Below are positions 20,388 to 30,504 of a stretch of DNA of 48,894 nucleotides, piece by piece; the first letter of the stretch is position 1; every line of letters begins with the position of its first letter. The notes under the pieces are model-generated. The model made no database searches. It saw only the letters and a program-made list of their open reading frames with translations, and was not told the DNA's origin. The DNA is from Alphaproteobacteria bacterium. Lineage in GTDB: Bacteria; Pseudomonadota; Alphaproteobacteria; UBA6615. Made by a program: the position numbers and the translations under genes. The stretch spans positions 1-48,894 of the forward strand of contig JAPKDV010000003.1 of assembly GCA_028822385.1 (NCBI GenBank), given 5' to 3'.

Positions 20388-21011
20388 ATGGTCAGCGCAA
20401 CGACATTGTCAGCAACAGAATTCGGTCGCGTCGCTGGTGTTTCACGTGAAACATTGGCGCGGTTAGAGGCTTACGAAGACCTACTTCAACACTGGCAGCA
20501 ACGAATCAATCTAGTCTCACGCACGACCCTTACGGATGTCTGGCGCCGGCACTTTCTTGACTCTTTTCAGTTATCGAAAATGGTTTTACCAGGTGTGCCG
20601 GCTCTGGACATGGGCAGTGGTGCCGGATTTCCGGGTATGGTTCTCGCGATCGCCTGTGATACCCCCTTTATCTTGGCTGAGTCAGACTCCCGGAAATGTT
20701 CATTCCTACGGGAGGTCCGGCGTGTGACTAATGCCCCGGCCGAAATTTATGAAGGACGCGTCGAAGCGATTGACCATGCAGGTTTCGGCTTGATCGTCGC
20801 CCGAGCGCTGGCGCCAGTAAGCCGCTTGCTAGACCTGGCGCAACCTTTGCTCGGCGGAGAAGGAAAGTGCCTCTTCATGAAAGGCGAACGAGTCGCCGAA
20901 GAACTTAATCTGGCCCGAGACAATTGGACCATGGATATTGTAGAATATCCGAGCGTGGCAGATCCACGCGGTGTGATCTTGGAAATAAGGAATCCTGACC
21001 GTGTCATATGA
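20388..21011 (+). CDS. rsmG: 16S rRNA m7G527 methyltransferase RsmG (GidB)
   Basis: VSRET..RL, WQ.RINLV, W.RH.LDS, DMGSGAGFPG, ARALAP; ATG 20388 is the likelier start. Confidence 0.95.
   Translation: MVSATTLSATEFGRVAGVSRETLARLEAYEDLLQHWQQRINLVSRTTLTDVWRRHFLDSFQLSKMVLPGVPALDMGSGAGFPGMVLAIACDTPFILAESDSRKCSFLREVRRVTNAPAEIYEGRVEAIDHAGFGLIVARALAPVSRLLDLAQPLLGGEGKCLFMKGERVAEELNLARDNWTMDIVEYPSVADPRGVILEIRNPDRVI
20438..20453. promoter_or_regulatory. parS centromere site (perfect palindrome) inside rsmG
   Basis: TGTTTCACGTGAAACA, which also encodes the VSRET peptide of RsmG. Confidence 0.93.
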
Positions 21012-21873
21012 CGATAAACCAAAAGCGCAGCTCCGGGACATCCTGATCAATGAATCTCAAATCGGTGAACCAGGGGTCATCCATCATGGTGCCCGTATCA
21101 TTGCGATCGCTAATCAGAAGGGCGGGGTTGGGAAGACGACGACGGCCATTAACCTAGCAACAGGTCTAGCGGCTTGTGGCCAGAAGGTTTTGGTGGTCGA
21201 CCTAGATCCGCAGGGCAACGCCTCTACCGGGCTAGGTGTCTCAAATTATGAGACAGACGTTTATGACGTCCTGATTGGGGGTACGGATCTGCTCCAGGTT
21301 ATATGTGCATCAAACATCCCCGGCCTAGATGTTGTCCCGGCATCGGCAGATTTGGCAGGTGCTGAAATCGAGCTGATTGACATTGAGCACCGAGAGGCCC
21401 GACTCAACAACGCACTGGCGCCTGTGATGGGTCAGTATGATTATATCCTGACTGATTGCCCGCCAGCCCTAGGCTTACTGACGATCAATGCGCTTGTAGC
21501 GGCTGATTCGGTTCTGGTGCCGTTGCAGTGTGAGTACTTCGCGTTGGAGGGTATGACCCGCTTGATGAAGTCCATCGAACGAATCCGGCGCGCCTATAAC
21601 GAAGACCTCGATATCCTGGGCATCGTTCTGACCATGCACGATGGTCGGAATAATCTATGTCGCTCGGTCGAGGCCGAGGTTCGTGAGTATTTTGGGGACC
21701 GGGTCTATCATACAGTTATCCCGCGTAATGTGCGTCTTTCGGAAGCCCCGTCTTACGGAATGCCTGCGCTGATCTACGATCTAGCCTGTGCCGGATCACA
21801 GGCTTATGCCAAACTGGCCGCAGAAATGCTGCGCCGTGAAGGTGCGGGTCCAATTGGTGAGGCCGCACAATGA
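21001..21873 (+). CDS. parA: Chromosome partitioning ATPase ParA (start uncertain)
   Basis: ANQKGGVGKTTT, DLDPQGNASTG, DCPP.LGLLT.NAL, PLQCEYFALEG, IPRNVRLSEAPSYG. Confidence 0.97.
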   Translation: MSYDDKPKAQLRDILINESQIGEPGVIHHGARIIAIANQKGGVGKTTTAINLATGLAACGQKVLVVDLDPQGNASTGLGVSNYETDVYDVLIGGTDLLQVICASNIPGLDVVPASADLAGAEIELIDIEHREARLNNALAPVMGQYDYILTDCPPALGLLTINALVAADSVLVPLQCEYFALEGMTRLMKSIERIRRAYNEDLDILGIVLTMHDGRNNLCRSVEAEVREYFGDRVYHTVIPRNVRLSEAPSYGMPALIYDLACAGSQAYAKLAAEMLRREGAGPIGEAAQ

Positions 21874-22811
21874 ACGAAACGCCGACACGCCGCCGATTAG
21901 GGCGCGGGCTATCTGCCCTTCTTGGGGATGACGGTCGGGACTTTCAGGAACTTGAAAACACAAAATCACCACGCGAACTGCCAGTTGAACAGTTGCAACC
22001 AGGTGAGTTTCAGCCTCGGGTTCGTTTCGATGATGAAGAACTGAGCGCTCTTGTTGAATCCGTTAGGGCCAAGGGTATCCTTCAACCCATTCTCGTTCGA
22101 CGAGATCCCGTCCAAGCTGACGTCTATGAAATTATCGCCGGTGAACGAAGATGGAGAGCGGCACAACGAGCACAATTACACACTGTACCGGTTATTATCC
22201 GTGAACTGACTGATCAGGAAGCGCTTGAAATTGCGCTGATCGAAAACATCCAGCGTTCCGATCTTTCCGCCATCGAAGAAGCTTTAGGCTATCAGAGGCT
22301 GATCGGCGAATTTACCCACACCCAAGATGCCTTGTCTAAGGTTGTTGGGAAGAGCCGAAGTCATGTCGCGAATGCCTTGCGTCTTCTAACGCTGCCGGCT
22401 GAAGTTAGAACAATGGTCGATAAAGGTGAGTTAACGGCGGGGCATGCACGCGCGCTGGTTGGCCGTGAAGACGCCTTGACCCTTGCTCGCGAAATTTCTA
22501 GTTCTGGACTTACGGTGCGTGATATCGAGGCCCGGGTTTCTAATGGATTACCGAAGGCAAGAAAATTAAAAAATTTAGCTCGACGGAAAAGCGCTGACAC
22601 CCTTGCGCTTGAGCGCGACGTTTCTGATGCAATCGGTCTTAAGGTAGCGATAGATCTGAAGGGCGGCGAACATTCTGGTCGGGGCAAATTGTCGATTGAT
22701 TTTAAAAGCCTAGACCAGCTCGACGATGTCTTGCGGCGTCTTAACCAGACGACCAATAGTAAGGGTATGCCTGATGCCCTAAAAACAGCTACTTTATCTT
22801 TCAACTCATAG
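21870..22811 (+). CDS. parB: Chromosome partitioning protein ParB
   Basis: LGRGLSALL, QPR..F, G.LQPILVR, IIAGERRWRAA, ENIQR.DL, HTH GKSRSHVAN.LRLL, GHARAL. Confidence 0.97.
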   Translation: MNETPTRRRLGRGLSALLGDDGRDFQELENTKSPRELPVEQLQPGEFQPRVRFDDEELSALVESVRAKGILQPILVRRDPVQADVYEIIAGERRWRAAQRAQLHTVPVIIRELTDQEALEIALIENIQRSDLSAIEEALGYQRLIGEFTHTQDALSKVVGKSRSHVANALRLLTLPAEVRTMVDKGELTAGHARALVGREDALTLAREISSSGLTVRDIEARVSNGLPKARKLKNLARRKSADTLALERDVSDAIGLKVAIDLKGGEHSGRGKLSIDFKSLDQLDDVLRRLNQTTNSKGMPDALKTATLSFNS

Positions 22812-22813
22812 AC

Positions 22814-23851
22814 TTAATGGTTTTGTGTCCGGCGCATACTCGCGATGGCTAACAAGGTCCGTCCGCAAGCGGCCCGTCCCGGTGTTCCGGTTGTCTTGAG
22901 AGCAAGTTCGGCTTCCGTCAGGCGCTGTAGGGCCTGTTCAAGCGCCGGGTTGGGCCAGGAACGGCTCTGGTTTTGGAAGCGGTTCGCGAACTTCCAAAAT
23001 ACCGGGGGGCGTAATCGACGCGCAGCACCCTCGTAACTTTCACCGCTGGATATCAAACCAGACACACGGTGTAGTCTCTGAAAATGCCGTTGGGTAGCCC
23101 GCATCAATCCCACTGGTTCACCACCGTCCGCCCAGAAACGTGTAAGCGAACAGTCTAGATCAACGATATTGCCGTCGGCGGCGGCATAAACCGTTTCGTC
23201 GAGTGAGGTGCTAGCAGAATCACCTACGCTGGCGAGCACTAACTCTTCGGTGATCTCGGCTCCGGGACCGGCGTACAGGATAAGTTTTTCTATTTCCCCT
23301 CGATTGCTTAGTCGATTTTCACCTAGAATTCCTGAAAGAGTACGCAGCGCATCTAGGGAAACAGTTAAACCTACACCCTGGATCATGGAGCGGGCTAGGC
23401 GGGCACGGCCTTCCTCATCATCGGGATAACAAGGCAGGGCGGCGCTGTCATTGCGAGATTCACAGAGCTTCCGCAAGCTAGATTTTGCAGAGAGATTCCC
23501 GCCCTCAATGACCACGGTCACATTGGCATTTGCTTCTGCTGTGGCCTCGAGTGCTAATTTTAGTGGAGTGGTGATGGATTCTGTCGCATCCCTGACCACA
23601 ACTAACCGTTCCCCACCGCCAAGTGACAGGGCAAGCATCTCGTCGGCTAGTCGGGCTGGGGTTTCGCCAATCATCCCGCCAGTGAGTTCAGCTGCGAGGA
23701 ACGGATCACTCAGATCATCTACAACACTGTTTGCCAGAGTGAGTGACCGCTCTCTTACCAATCCACTATCGGGTCCATAGATCAAAATGGCGGTGATTGC
23801 GGGGTCTGGCTTGGCTATAAAACCATCAACACGCCCGGCGGAAATCTTCAC
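22814..23851 (-). CDS. holA: DNA polymerase III subunit delta
   Basis: LIYGPD.GLVRER, L..KSSLRK..E, CY.D, EIEKL.LY, PPVF; conserved leuS-lptE-holA order. Confidence 0.93.
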   Translation of the reverse strand: MKISAGRVDGFIAKPDPAITAILIYGPDSGLVRERSLTLANSVVDDLSDPFLAAELTGGMIGETPARLADEMLALSLGGGERLVVVRDATESITTPLKLALEATAEANANVTVVIEGGNLSAKSSLRKLCESRNDSAALPCYPDDEEGRARLARSMIQGVGLTVSLDALRTLSGILGENRLSNRGEIEKLILYAGPGAEITEELVLASVGDSASTSLDETVYAAADGNIVDLDCSLTRFWADGGEPVGLMRATQRHFQRLHRVSGLISSGESYEGAARRLRPPVFWKFANRFQNQSRSWPNPALEQALQRLTEAELALKTTGTPGRAACGRTLLAIASMRRTQNH

Positions 23852-24381
23852 CGGCGTCGCCTTTGTGCAGGGGTGTCCTGCGTACGCAATAGAAAAATGG
23901 AGAGACGATCAATGATGCCATCTGCCATATCCTTTGCCCCGCGTTTGCGGGCATCAGATTCTGATGCAAGCGTGGCGAAATCGGACAACAGGATATCGTA
24001 ACTGTTGACCGAACGAACATTGCCCGTGAATAAGCGGTCTTTAGTACTAGCCTGTTTCAATGTGAAGGTGCCAGTGAGTATCAAATTGGCTCGTGTGACA
24101 CCCGATTTTTTCTGAACCGCGAGACCGACTTTGTTCTCGTCGAGGTCCACTATCAACATATAGAGCGGTTCCGGCCGCAGACTTGTTGGTGACAGTCGAT
24201 TTGTCAGCTCAATTCTAACGAGCTGACCAATACGGCCCTCAATAGGTAGTACTTCTATAAACTCTAGTAGCTCGTTGGTTGCTGGGGTGTTTTCATTTTC
24301 ACCATAGAGGGGCTCAAAACCGCATCCCGCCAGAAGCAGCCCGCAGGCCGCCAGTCCCATCTGTAACGATCTAGACAACAA
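23848..24381 (-). CDS. lptE: LPS assembly lipoprotein LptE
   Basis: Lipobox LAGC followed by GFEPLY; located between leuS and holA. Confidence 0.85.
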   Translation of the reverse strand: MLSRSLQMGLAACGLLLAGCGFEPLYGENENTPATNELLEFIEVLPIEGRIGQLVRIELTNRLSPTSLRPEPLYMLIVDLDENKVGLAVQKKSGVTRANLILTGTFTLKQASTKDRLFTGNVRSVNSYDILLSDFATLASESDARKRGAKDMADGIIDRLSIFLLRTQDTPAQRRRR

Positions 24382-26938
24382 AATTCACCAGTTTGTTCGG
24401 TACAACAATCACCTTGAGAATATCCTTGTCGCCGATGGATTCGGCCACATTCGAGACAGCCCTTGCTGCATTTTCTGCCTCACCTTTCTCCGTATCAGCC
24501 GGGAGGTCAACTGTGCCTCTTAGCTTGCCGTTGACCTGAATGGCATATGTGATGTTATCAGCAACGAGCAGTGACTGATCAGCGACAGGCCAACTTACTT
24601 CACTCAGGTGGGTGGTGTGTCCCAAGATGCTCCACATCTCTTCGGAGAGATGGGGCATCATCGGCGACATCAACTGTATGAGTGTCTCCAGTGCCTCGCG
24701 GGCTGTAGAGGGGCCCGTGGCTCTCTGCTTAACTGCCGTTGAAACAATATTAGTCATCTCATACATCCGGGCAACGGCGCGGTTGTATTGGAATCGTTCG
24801 AGATCTGTAGTTACATCTACAATTGCCTTGTGTACCTCTCGTCGTAGTTCAGTAGATGCGTCATCAATTTCAAATTCCGTGGATCCAACAGAAGATAAAC
24901 CGTCAGTATTGTCTGTAATCAGACGCGCAATACGATTTACAAACCGAAAGGCGCCCTGGACACCGGCATCGGTCCATTCCATATCCCGGTCGGGCGGACT
25001 GTCGGAGAGGATGAACCATCGGGCAGTATCGGCGCCGTAGTCCCGAATGACATCCGTCGGATCAATGGTGTTCTTTTTTGACTTCGACATCTTCTCAATG
25101 CGACCGATGGTAACTGGGGCGCCTGTGTCTCGGCGTACCGCGGTTCCTGTATCAGAGATATCAACACTTTGTGGTTCTAGCCATTCACCAAGACCGTCGC
25201 GGTAGGTTGTGTGATTAACCATGCCTTGGGTGAACAGTCCCGCAAACGGCTCGGACAGATCGAGATAGCCTGTGTCTCGCATCGCTCGTATGAAGAAGCG
25301 TGAATAAAGCAAATGCAATATCGCATGTTCGATCCCGCCAATATATTGATCGACGGGTAACCAGTAGTCGACGTCTTCACGCTTAACCGGGGTATCGGCG
25401 TCAGGAGAGCAGAAGCGCACAAAGTACCAGGATGAATCCATGAAGGTATCAAAGGTGTCGGTATCGCGTTCGGCGGCAACGCCACAGGATGGGCAAGCCA
25501 CATGCTTCCATGTGGGGTGCCTGTCGAGCGGATTCCCGGGCGACTCAAAATCAATATCGTCAGGCAGAATCACCGGCAGGTCTTCCTTGTGAACCGGAAC
25601 TGGCCCGCAAGCATCACAGTGAATCACCGGTATCGGGCAACCCCAATAGCGTTGACGTGAGACTAGCCAATCGCGCAGTCGATAGTTCGTTGCACCTTCA
25701 CCCTGAACCCCGTCCTGCAGACGGTCGATGATTGTTCGCTTGGCGGTATCTATATCCATACCATTTAGGAATTCAGAATTTGCCAGCACGCCTGGCCCTG
25801 TATAGGCATCGTCACCAACGGAAAATGTAGAGGTATCCTCGATGGCTGGGACCACTACCGGTATGACAGGCAGGTCGTAGGTGCGGGCGAAATCAAGGTC
25901 GCGCTGATCATGCGCGGGGCAGCCAAAGATAGCTCCGGTGCCGTATCCCATTAGAACGAAGTTGGCGATATAAACCGGTAGTTCCTTGCCTTCGACAAAC
26001 GGGTGTTTGACGCGCAGTCCTGTATCGTAGCCGCGTTTGATAGCGGTCTGAATGGCTTCCTCTGTGGTGCCGAGTCGACGGCATTCTTCAATAAATGCCG
26101 CGGCCAAGGGATCTGAAGCGGCGGCGCCTTCTGCTAGCGGGTGGTCGGCTGCGATCGCGCAGAAGCTTGCACCGAAGATCGTGTCAGGCCGGGTCGTGTA
26201 GACCCTCAATGAATCGTCCCGCCGGTCGGTGAAGGGAAAATTAATGTAAGCTCCCTCTGAACGGCCGATCCAGTTTTCTTGCATCGCTCGCACCTTTGGC
26301 GGCCAGCGGTCTAGTTTCTCCAGCCCCCCTAAGAGCTCATCACTGTAGTCGGTAATGCTGCAGAACCACTGGGCCAGACGGCGGCGTTCAATCGGGGCGC
26401 CGGATCGCCAGCCTTTTCCGTCGATTACCTGCTCATTGGCAAGAACCGTTTGGTCAATCGGGTCCCAGTTTACCCAGCCGTCCTGACGATAGATCAGGTT
26501 TTGTTTAAAAAAGTCGACAAAGATCGCCTGTTCATGGCGATAGTAATCCGGGTCGCAGGTTGTGATCTCGCGCGACCAGTCGATTGACAGTCCCATGGCC
26601 CGGAGCTGGTCGCGCATTGTTGCGATGTTCTGGTAGGTCCATTTGGCCGGGTGGACGTTGTTTTCCATTGCCGCGTTTTCTGCGGGTAATCCAAATGCGT
26701 CCCAGCCCATCGGGTGTAGAACATTGAAGCCTTGGCTGCGCTTGTAGCGTGCGACCACATCTCCGAGTGTGTAACACCGCAGATGACCCATATGAATCCG
26801 CCCTGACGGATATGGAAACATTTCAAGGACGTAGTATTTTGGTTTCGTGGGGTCCGCCACGGCCGTGAAGGTGCCGGCGTCATCCCAGACAGACTGCCAC
26901 TTTGCTTCAGCCGCGCGGAAATTATAACGTTGTACCAT
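24371..26938 (-). CDS. leuS: Leucine--tRNA ligase (likely start MVQRYN at 26938)
   Basis: [16 protein letters not shown] (HIGH motif), [42 protein letters not shown]. Confidence 0.99.
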   Translation of the reverse strand: MVQRYNFRAAEAKWQSVWDDAGTFTAVADPTKPKYYVLEMFPYPSGRIHMGHLRCYTLGDVVARYKRSQGFNVLHPMGWDAFGLPAENAAMENNVHPAKWTYQNIATMRDQLRAMGLSIDWSREITTCDPDYYRHEQAIFVDFFKQNLIYRQDGWVNWDPIDQTVLANEQVIDGKGWRSGAPIERRRLAQWFCSITDYSDELLGGLEKLDRWPPKVRAMQENWIGRSEGAYINFPFTDRRDDSLRVYTTRPDTIFGASFCAIAADHPLAEGAAASDPLAAAFIEECRRLGTTEEAIQTAIKRGYDTGLRVKHPFVEGKELPVYIANFVLMGYGTGAIFGCPAHDQRDLDFARTYDLPVIPVVVPAIEDTSTFSVGDDAYTGPGVLANSEFLNGMDIDTAKRTIIDRLQDGVQGEGATNYRLRDWLVSRQRYWGCPIPVIHCDACGPVPVHKEDLPVILPDDIDFESPGNPLDRHPTWKHVACPSCGVAAERDTDTFDTFMDSSWYFVRFCSPDADTPVKREDVDYWLPVDQYIGGIEHAILHLLYSRFFIRAMRDTGYLDLSEPFAGLFTQGMVNHTTYRDGLGEWLEPQSVDISDTGTAVRRDTGAPVTIGRIEKMSKSKKNTIDPTDVIRDYGADTARWFILSDSPPDRDMEWTDAGVQGAFRFVNRIARLITDNTDGLSSVGSTEFEIDDASTELRREVHKAIVDVTTDLERFQYNRAVARMYEMTNIVSTAVKQRATGPSTAREALETLIQLMSPMMPHLSEEMWSILGHTTHLSEVSWPVADQSLLVADNITYAIQVNGKLRGTVDLPADTEKGEAENAARAVSNVAESIGDKDILKVIVVPNKLVNFVV

Positions 26939-27040
26939 GGGTTGATGCTCTCTCGACGTCGATAGCCTGCCGGCGATGCGGGTCAAATGGGGGACGTATT
27001 GTAAGCAAACCGATGAATACTGTAGGCGTTATGCCGCCCT

Positions 27041-27571
27041 CTACTCATCCGAGCTCGCAATGCGGAGTTCGCGCGCCCGGGTCAAAATAGCATTCTCGAG
27101 GCTGGTTGAGGCGTTTCTGCCCGATTCCGCGCTCAGCCATTCGGACCGGTCGTCACGCTTTTGATGAAAAACGGCCACACGAACCCCGTCGGAGCGCAGC
27201 TCGCGGCTGAGAATATACACGGTCACCTTAAAGCGTTCGGACGGGCTTTCGGGCGGGGCATACCAGTCCGTAATGATCACCCCACCGAACGGGTCTGCTG
27301 AGGAAAGTGGTAGAAACGAAAGTGTGTCAAGTGACGCGCGCCAAAGAAACCCATTCACGCCGATCCCGCTGTTGGAATCCTCATTTTTAGAATCGCTATT
27401 ACCGAGCAGATTGATGTCGCCAAATAGCTTTCCACTTTCCTTGCGCAGTTTGTCTTTAAAACTATCGGTTTCAGGCGCCTGGCGCGAAATTCCCTCGCAA
27501 GCGGTTAGACCCAAGGCTGCAACGGTTATTATAATCCGCAGAAATTGGTTCGGCTTAAGGTTGGCGATCAT
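27041..27571 (-). CDS. Conserved alphaproteobacterial lipoprotein (DUF3576-like)
   Basis: Lipobox LTAC; GVN.FLWRASLDTLSF.PL.SADPFGGVIITDWY, ERFK.TVYIL, LE.AILTRAR.LR; upstream of leuS. Confidence 0.88.
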   Translation of the reverse strand: MIANLKPNQFLRIIITVAALGLTACEGISRQAPETDSFKDKLRKESGKLFGDINLLGNSDSKNEDSNSGIGVNGFLWRASLDTLSFLPLSSADPFGGVIITDWYAPPESPSERFKVTVYILSRELRSDGVRVAVFHQKRDDRSEWLSAESGRNASTSLENAILTRARELRIASSDE

Positions 27572-27651
27572 GTTTTCGGTCCGGCGTTACGTGGATGTCC
27601 ACAAGATTCCTTGAGAGGCTTCTATCATTAAATTAGCAGAGAGTTGGGCAC

Positions 27652-27684
27652 AAAAAAACAGGGCGACAGAAAACTGTCGCCCTG
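27652..27684 (-). terminator. Intrinsic terminator of the porin gene
   Basis: Perfect 11-bp stem CAGGGCGACAG (27659-27669) / CTGTCGCCCTG (27674-27684), 4-nt loop, A7 tract at 27652-27658 (U7 on the minus strand). Confidence 0.92.
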
Positions 27685-27709
27685 CTTCGTATTCAAGCTA
27701 AGAAGAAGC

Positions 27710-28900
27710 CTAGAACATGAACATGTTGGTCAACATGAAGGCACGAGCATCGTTGTCGGTCGTGGCGCCAACGCCAGTTCCCCCAGATGCGTTATCATGC
27801 GAGATGAACTCGAGATCCGCACGTAGTAACCAACCGGGGGCTACAGTGTAACCAGCACCTAAGCCCATACGGTCCAGATTGGTGGACTCTGAGCCAGCAG
27901 CTGAAGTATTGGCGTTGTCCTTAGAGTGGTCCGTATACCAGGCGCTAATGCCCCACGGCCCAGCCTGATAACCAAGCGCAGCGCTCCACGTGTGACCCGC
28001 ATCTGCACCGTTGTCTTTGTTAACGGTCAGAATTCCGGTCTCGCCGAAGTCGGTGTAGTGCATGCCGAGGGTTACGCCGTTGAGGTCAAGACGACCGCCG
28101 ATGTTCCAGACGTTGACGTCCTCTTCATTAAGAGCAGCAACAACAGCACCACTTGCAGCAGCCTGTTCGTCATCGCCTTTCAGCATGACTGCAGACAATC
28201 CAACGCTTGCAGCATCGAACTTACCGGTATAGTTGACGCCGAGGCTGAGGAGATTTTCGCGATCACCATCGTTATCGGTGTCTGTAAGACCACCGGTACC
28301 GGAATTGATACCCGCATCCGGAGTGAATGATGCACCCAACTGGAAGCCCGAGAAACGAGGCGAGAAGTAGTTCACCTTCGTGGCATCGTTAGTGATGACC
28401 GTGCTCCAATCAGAACGGGCGCCCATAGCTTCACCACCGAACCCGCCGAAGCCGGTCAAGTTTAGGCCGAGACCACCCAGCGGTCCGCCGAGACCTTTAT
28501 GGGCATTCTGCGAGCCGATTTGCATACGGTTGACTGCATCATCCTGATCGCCCAGTTCTAGGCGGCCCCAAGAATCGGCAGATAGGAATGCAAAAGCTTC
28601 GTCAGCTGCTGATCCGTCGGAACCGCCGGCGTTCAGCTCAAGGGAGACGCCGTAGGTGATGCCGTTGTCAGCAGTGTTACGTGCATTGATGTAAGCTTCC
28701 GTCTCGTTGACTGCAAAACGATAGCCACGGCCACGGCCAGTGGAGACGTCTGCGTCGACCATGCTGGCAGAGAACCAAAGCGTACCACCGAGGGTTACTT
28801 CCATTGAAGTCATACGTGAGTTAACCGGACCGGCACTTGCTGGTGCTGCGAGAAGGGCAGCGCCTACGAGAGCGGAGCTGGCAAGAAGTGCTTTTTTCAT
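27710..28900 (-). CDS. Major outer-membrane porin (Rhodobacter/Rhodospirillales Porin_4 type)
   Basis: Signal peptide MKKALLASSALVGAALLAAPASA; ADNG.TYG..LEL, WGRLELG.D, K.NYFSPRFSGFQLG.SFTP, GY.VAPG; C-terminal Phe; GGAGG Shine-Dalgarno; strong terminator. Confidence 0.9.
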   Translation of the reverse strand: MKKALLASSALVGAALLAAPASAGPVNSRMTSMEVTLGGTLWFSASMVDADVSTGRGRGYRFAVNETEAYINARNTADNGITYGVSLELNAGGSDGSAADEAFAFLSADSWGRLELGDQDDAVNRMQIGSQNAHKGLGGPLGGLGLNLTGFGGFGGEAMGARSDWSTVITNDATKVNYFSPRFSGFQLGASFTPDAGINSGTGGLTDTDNDGDRENLLSLGVNYTGKFDAASVGLSAVMLKGDDEQAAASGAVVAALNEEDVNVWNIGGRLDLNGVTLGMHYTDFGETGILTVNKDNGADAGHTWSAALGYQAGPWGISAWYTDHSKDNANTSAAGSESTNLDRMGLGAGYTVAPGWLLRADLEFISHDNASGGTGVGATTDNDARAFMLTNMFMF

Positions 28901-29213
28901 TGTATCCAACCTCCAAAAACATGGACTTGCGCCCATGTTGTGACCCCTGAGGGGCCTGATTTAAGGCTCGTAACCTCGGCGCCTAAGCGACGCCACGTAA
29001 GGATTATCAAAACCTAGAGGTAATACAACCTTGCACGATCGCCTGTTGCAACAAGTTCCGTGACTGGTCTGGCGCGATTATGTGCAGACTGTGGCAAATA
29101 AAACACACTTGGTAAGTCCCCGGAACACCGGCGTTCTTCTGCCCGGCCAACCACTTTGCCACATGTGGGATTTTAATTCAGGTGGTTTTGGAATTCCTGC
29201 AGGGCTTGGTGGA

Positions 29214-30413
29214 CTATTTCGGGGATAGGACCCGCATACCGACAAGGTCCCGGACTAATTTACTACAGGAATCCGCAGGCATCGTAGGAAAAGCTGCGGC
29301 CAGCTCATGGCCGGAAAAGTCGCGTTTTTTAAGTATCCACGCGACTTGGTCGACCACGCCCTCAGGAATAGGTACGCTGCCTTTGGCGCTTTGTAGGATC
29401 GAATGCCCGTCCTTACGAAGCATCTTTAGGCCTGAAGCGCTGATAGAAAAACGGTCCGTTGGATCGGCCTCGAGTGCGCTGTCGGGCAAATTAAACCCGC
29501 CGCGGTGGTACTGAAACGTGTCCTGGAATCTCTCAATCCCTGACCAGACATCTTCGGAACGGCTGATTTCCGACAGGCGGGTGACCATTGAATCTATCCA
29601 CTGGCGCGTGTCGTTGCTGTCGCTCGGAATATTCTGACGGAACAGCGGCTCTGTCATGGCGCGCTCAAACAACAGCGACAGGACATCAAAGCCAACGATG
29701 TGGGTCACGCCGAACGAAATATGTATGCAGCCGTCACTCGATGCCAGGGCGTCATGATACAGACCGCGCGGGATATACAAGACATCCCCGGGCTTCAAGG
29801 TAACCTCTTGCGCCACCTCGCCACGGTTCTTTAGGTGATATTCTTCATCTAGGGATAGGAAGGCATCATTGGCTATGGGGCTGTCGAGCCGCCCCTCATA
29901 AATACGCCAGACCTTCTCGCCCGCGACATGCAGGGCGAAAACCTCGTGGGTGTCGAAATGGGTTGGGAAAGCCTGATGTTGATCCCAGGAACAGTAAAGA
30001 TTGCTCTGAACCTTGCCGCCCAACCGGCTTTCCATCGCGTTTGCTGCCGAAATCAGGCCCGGGGTGAGTGTATCAATGTCGTTAGCCACGATTGAGGCGC
30101 CACGCCGTAGCCAGCTTTTGACCTTCCCGGCGTCGGGTTGCGGGCCCATCAGACCGTTTCGATCGATCGCTTGCCGACAATACTGATCCACCAGGACAGG
30201 TTTAGTATCAAGAAAGAGTTTCAGACTGTGTGGGCTCCAGATGGCCGTCATGTTTAGGAGCCGGTTTAGGGTATCCCACGTCATGACGTCATCGAGCTTG
30301 TCGGGCGACGATGCTTTTATATGAAGGGGTTTCTTGTCGTGGTATTCGGCAAAGAAAACATCTTCCCCCATAGGTGCGATCAGGTCCGCGAAGGATTTAA
30401 TTTGGTTTGGCAT
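29214..30413 (-). CDS. JmjC/Cupin_4 2-oxoglutarate Fe(II) oxygenase (NO66/MINA/ROXA-like)
   Basis: HxD..H triad in AFPTHFDTHEVFALHVAGEKVWRIY and LKPGDVLYIPRGLYHDA; N-terminal FF.EY..KKPL; probable C-terminal winged helix (KLVRDL..M.VL). Confidence 0.85.
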   Translation of the reverse strand: MPNQIKSFADLIAPMGEDVFFAEYHDKKPLHIKASSPDKLDDVMTWDTLNRLLNMTAIWSPHSLKLFLDTKPVLVDQYCRQAIDRNGLMGPQPDAGKVKSWLRRGASIVANDIDTLTPGLISAANAMESRLGGKVQSNLYCSWDQHQAFPTHFDTHEVFALHVAGEKVWRIYEGRLDSPIANDAFLSLDEEYHLKNRGEVAQEVTLKPGDVLYIPRGLYHDALASSDGCIHISFGVTHIVGFDVLSLLFERAMTEPLFRQNIPSDSNDTRQWIDSMVTRLSEISRSEDVWSGIERFQDTFQYHRGGFNLPDSALEADPTDRFSISASGLKMLRKDGHSILQSAKGSVPIPEGVVDQVAWILKKRDFSGHELAAAFPTMPADSCSKLVRDLVGMRVLSPK

Positions 30414-30452
30414 AATTTGTTTATAATACGTTTGCTGCGTCGCGAACATTGA

Positions 30453-30478
30453 TATGACACAACTTTATGACACAACTT
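30453..30478. repeat. Perfect 13-bp tandem duplication (TATGACACAACTT x2)
   Basis: Copies at 30453-30465 and 30466-30478, in the divergent JmjC/yggS intergenic region. Confidence 0.9.
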
Positions 30479-30504
30479 AATGCCTCGTTTGGCCGGGTAG
30501 AACT

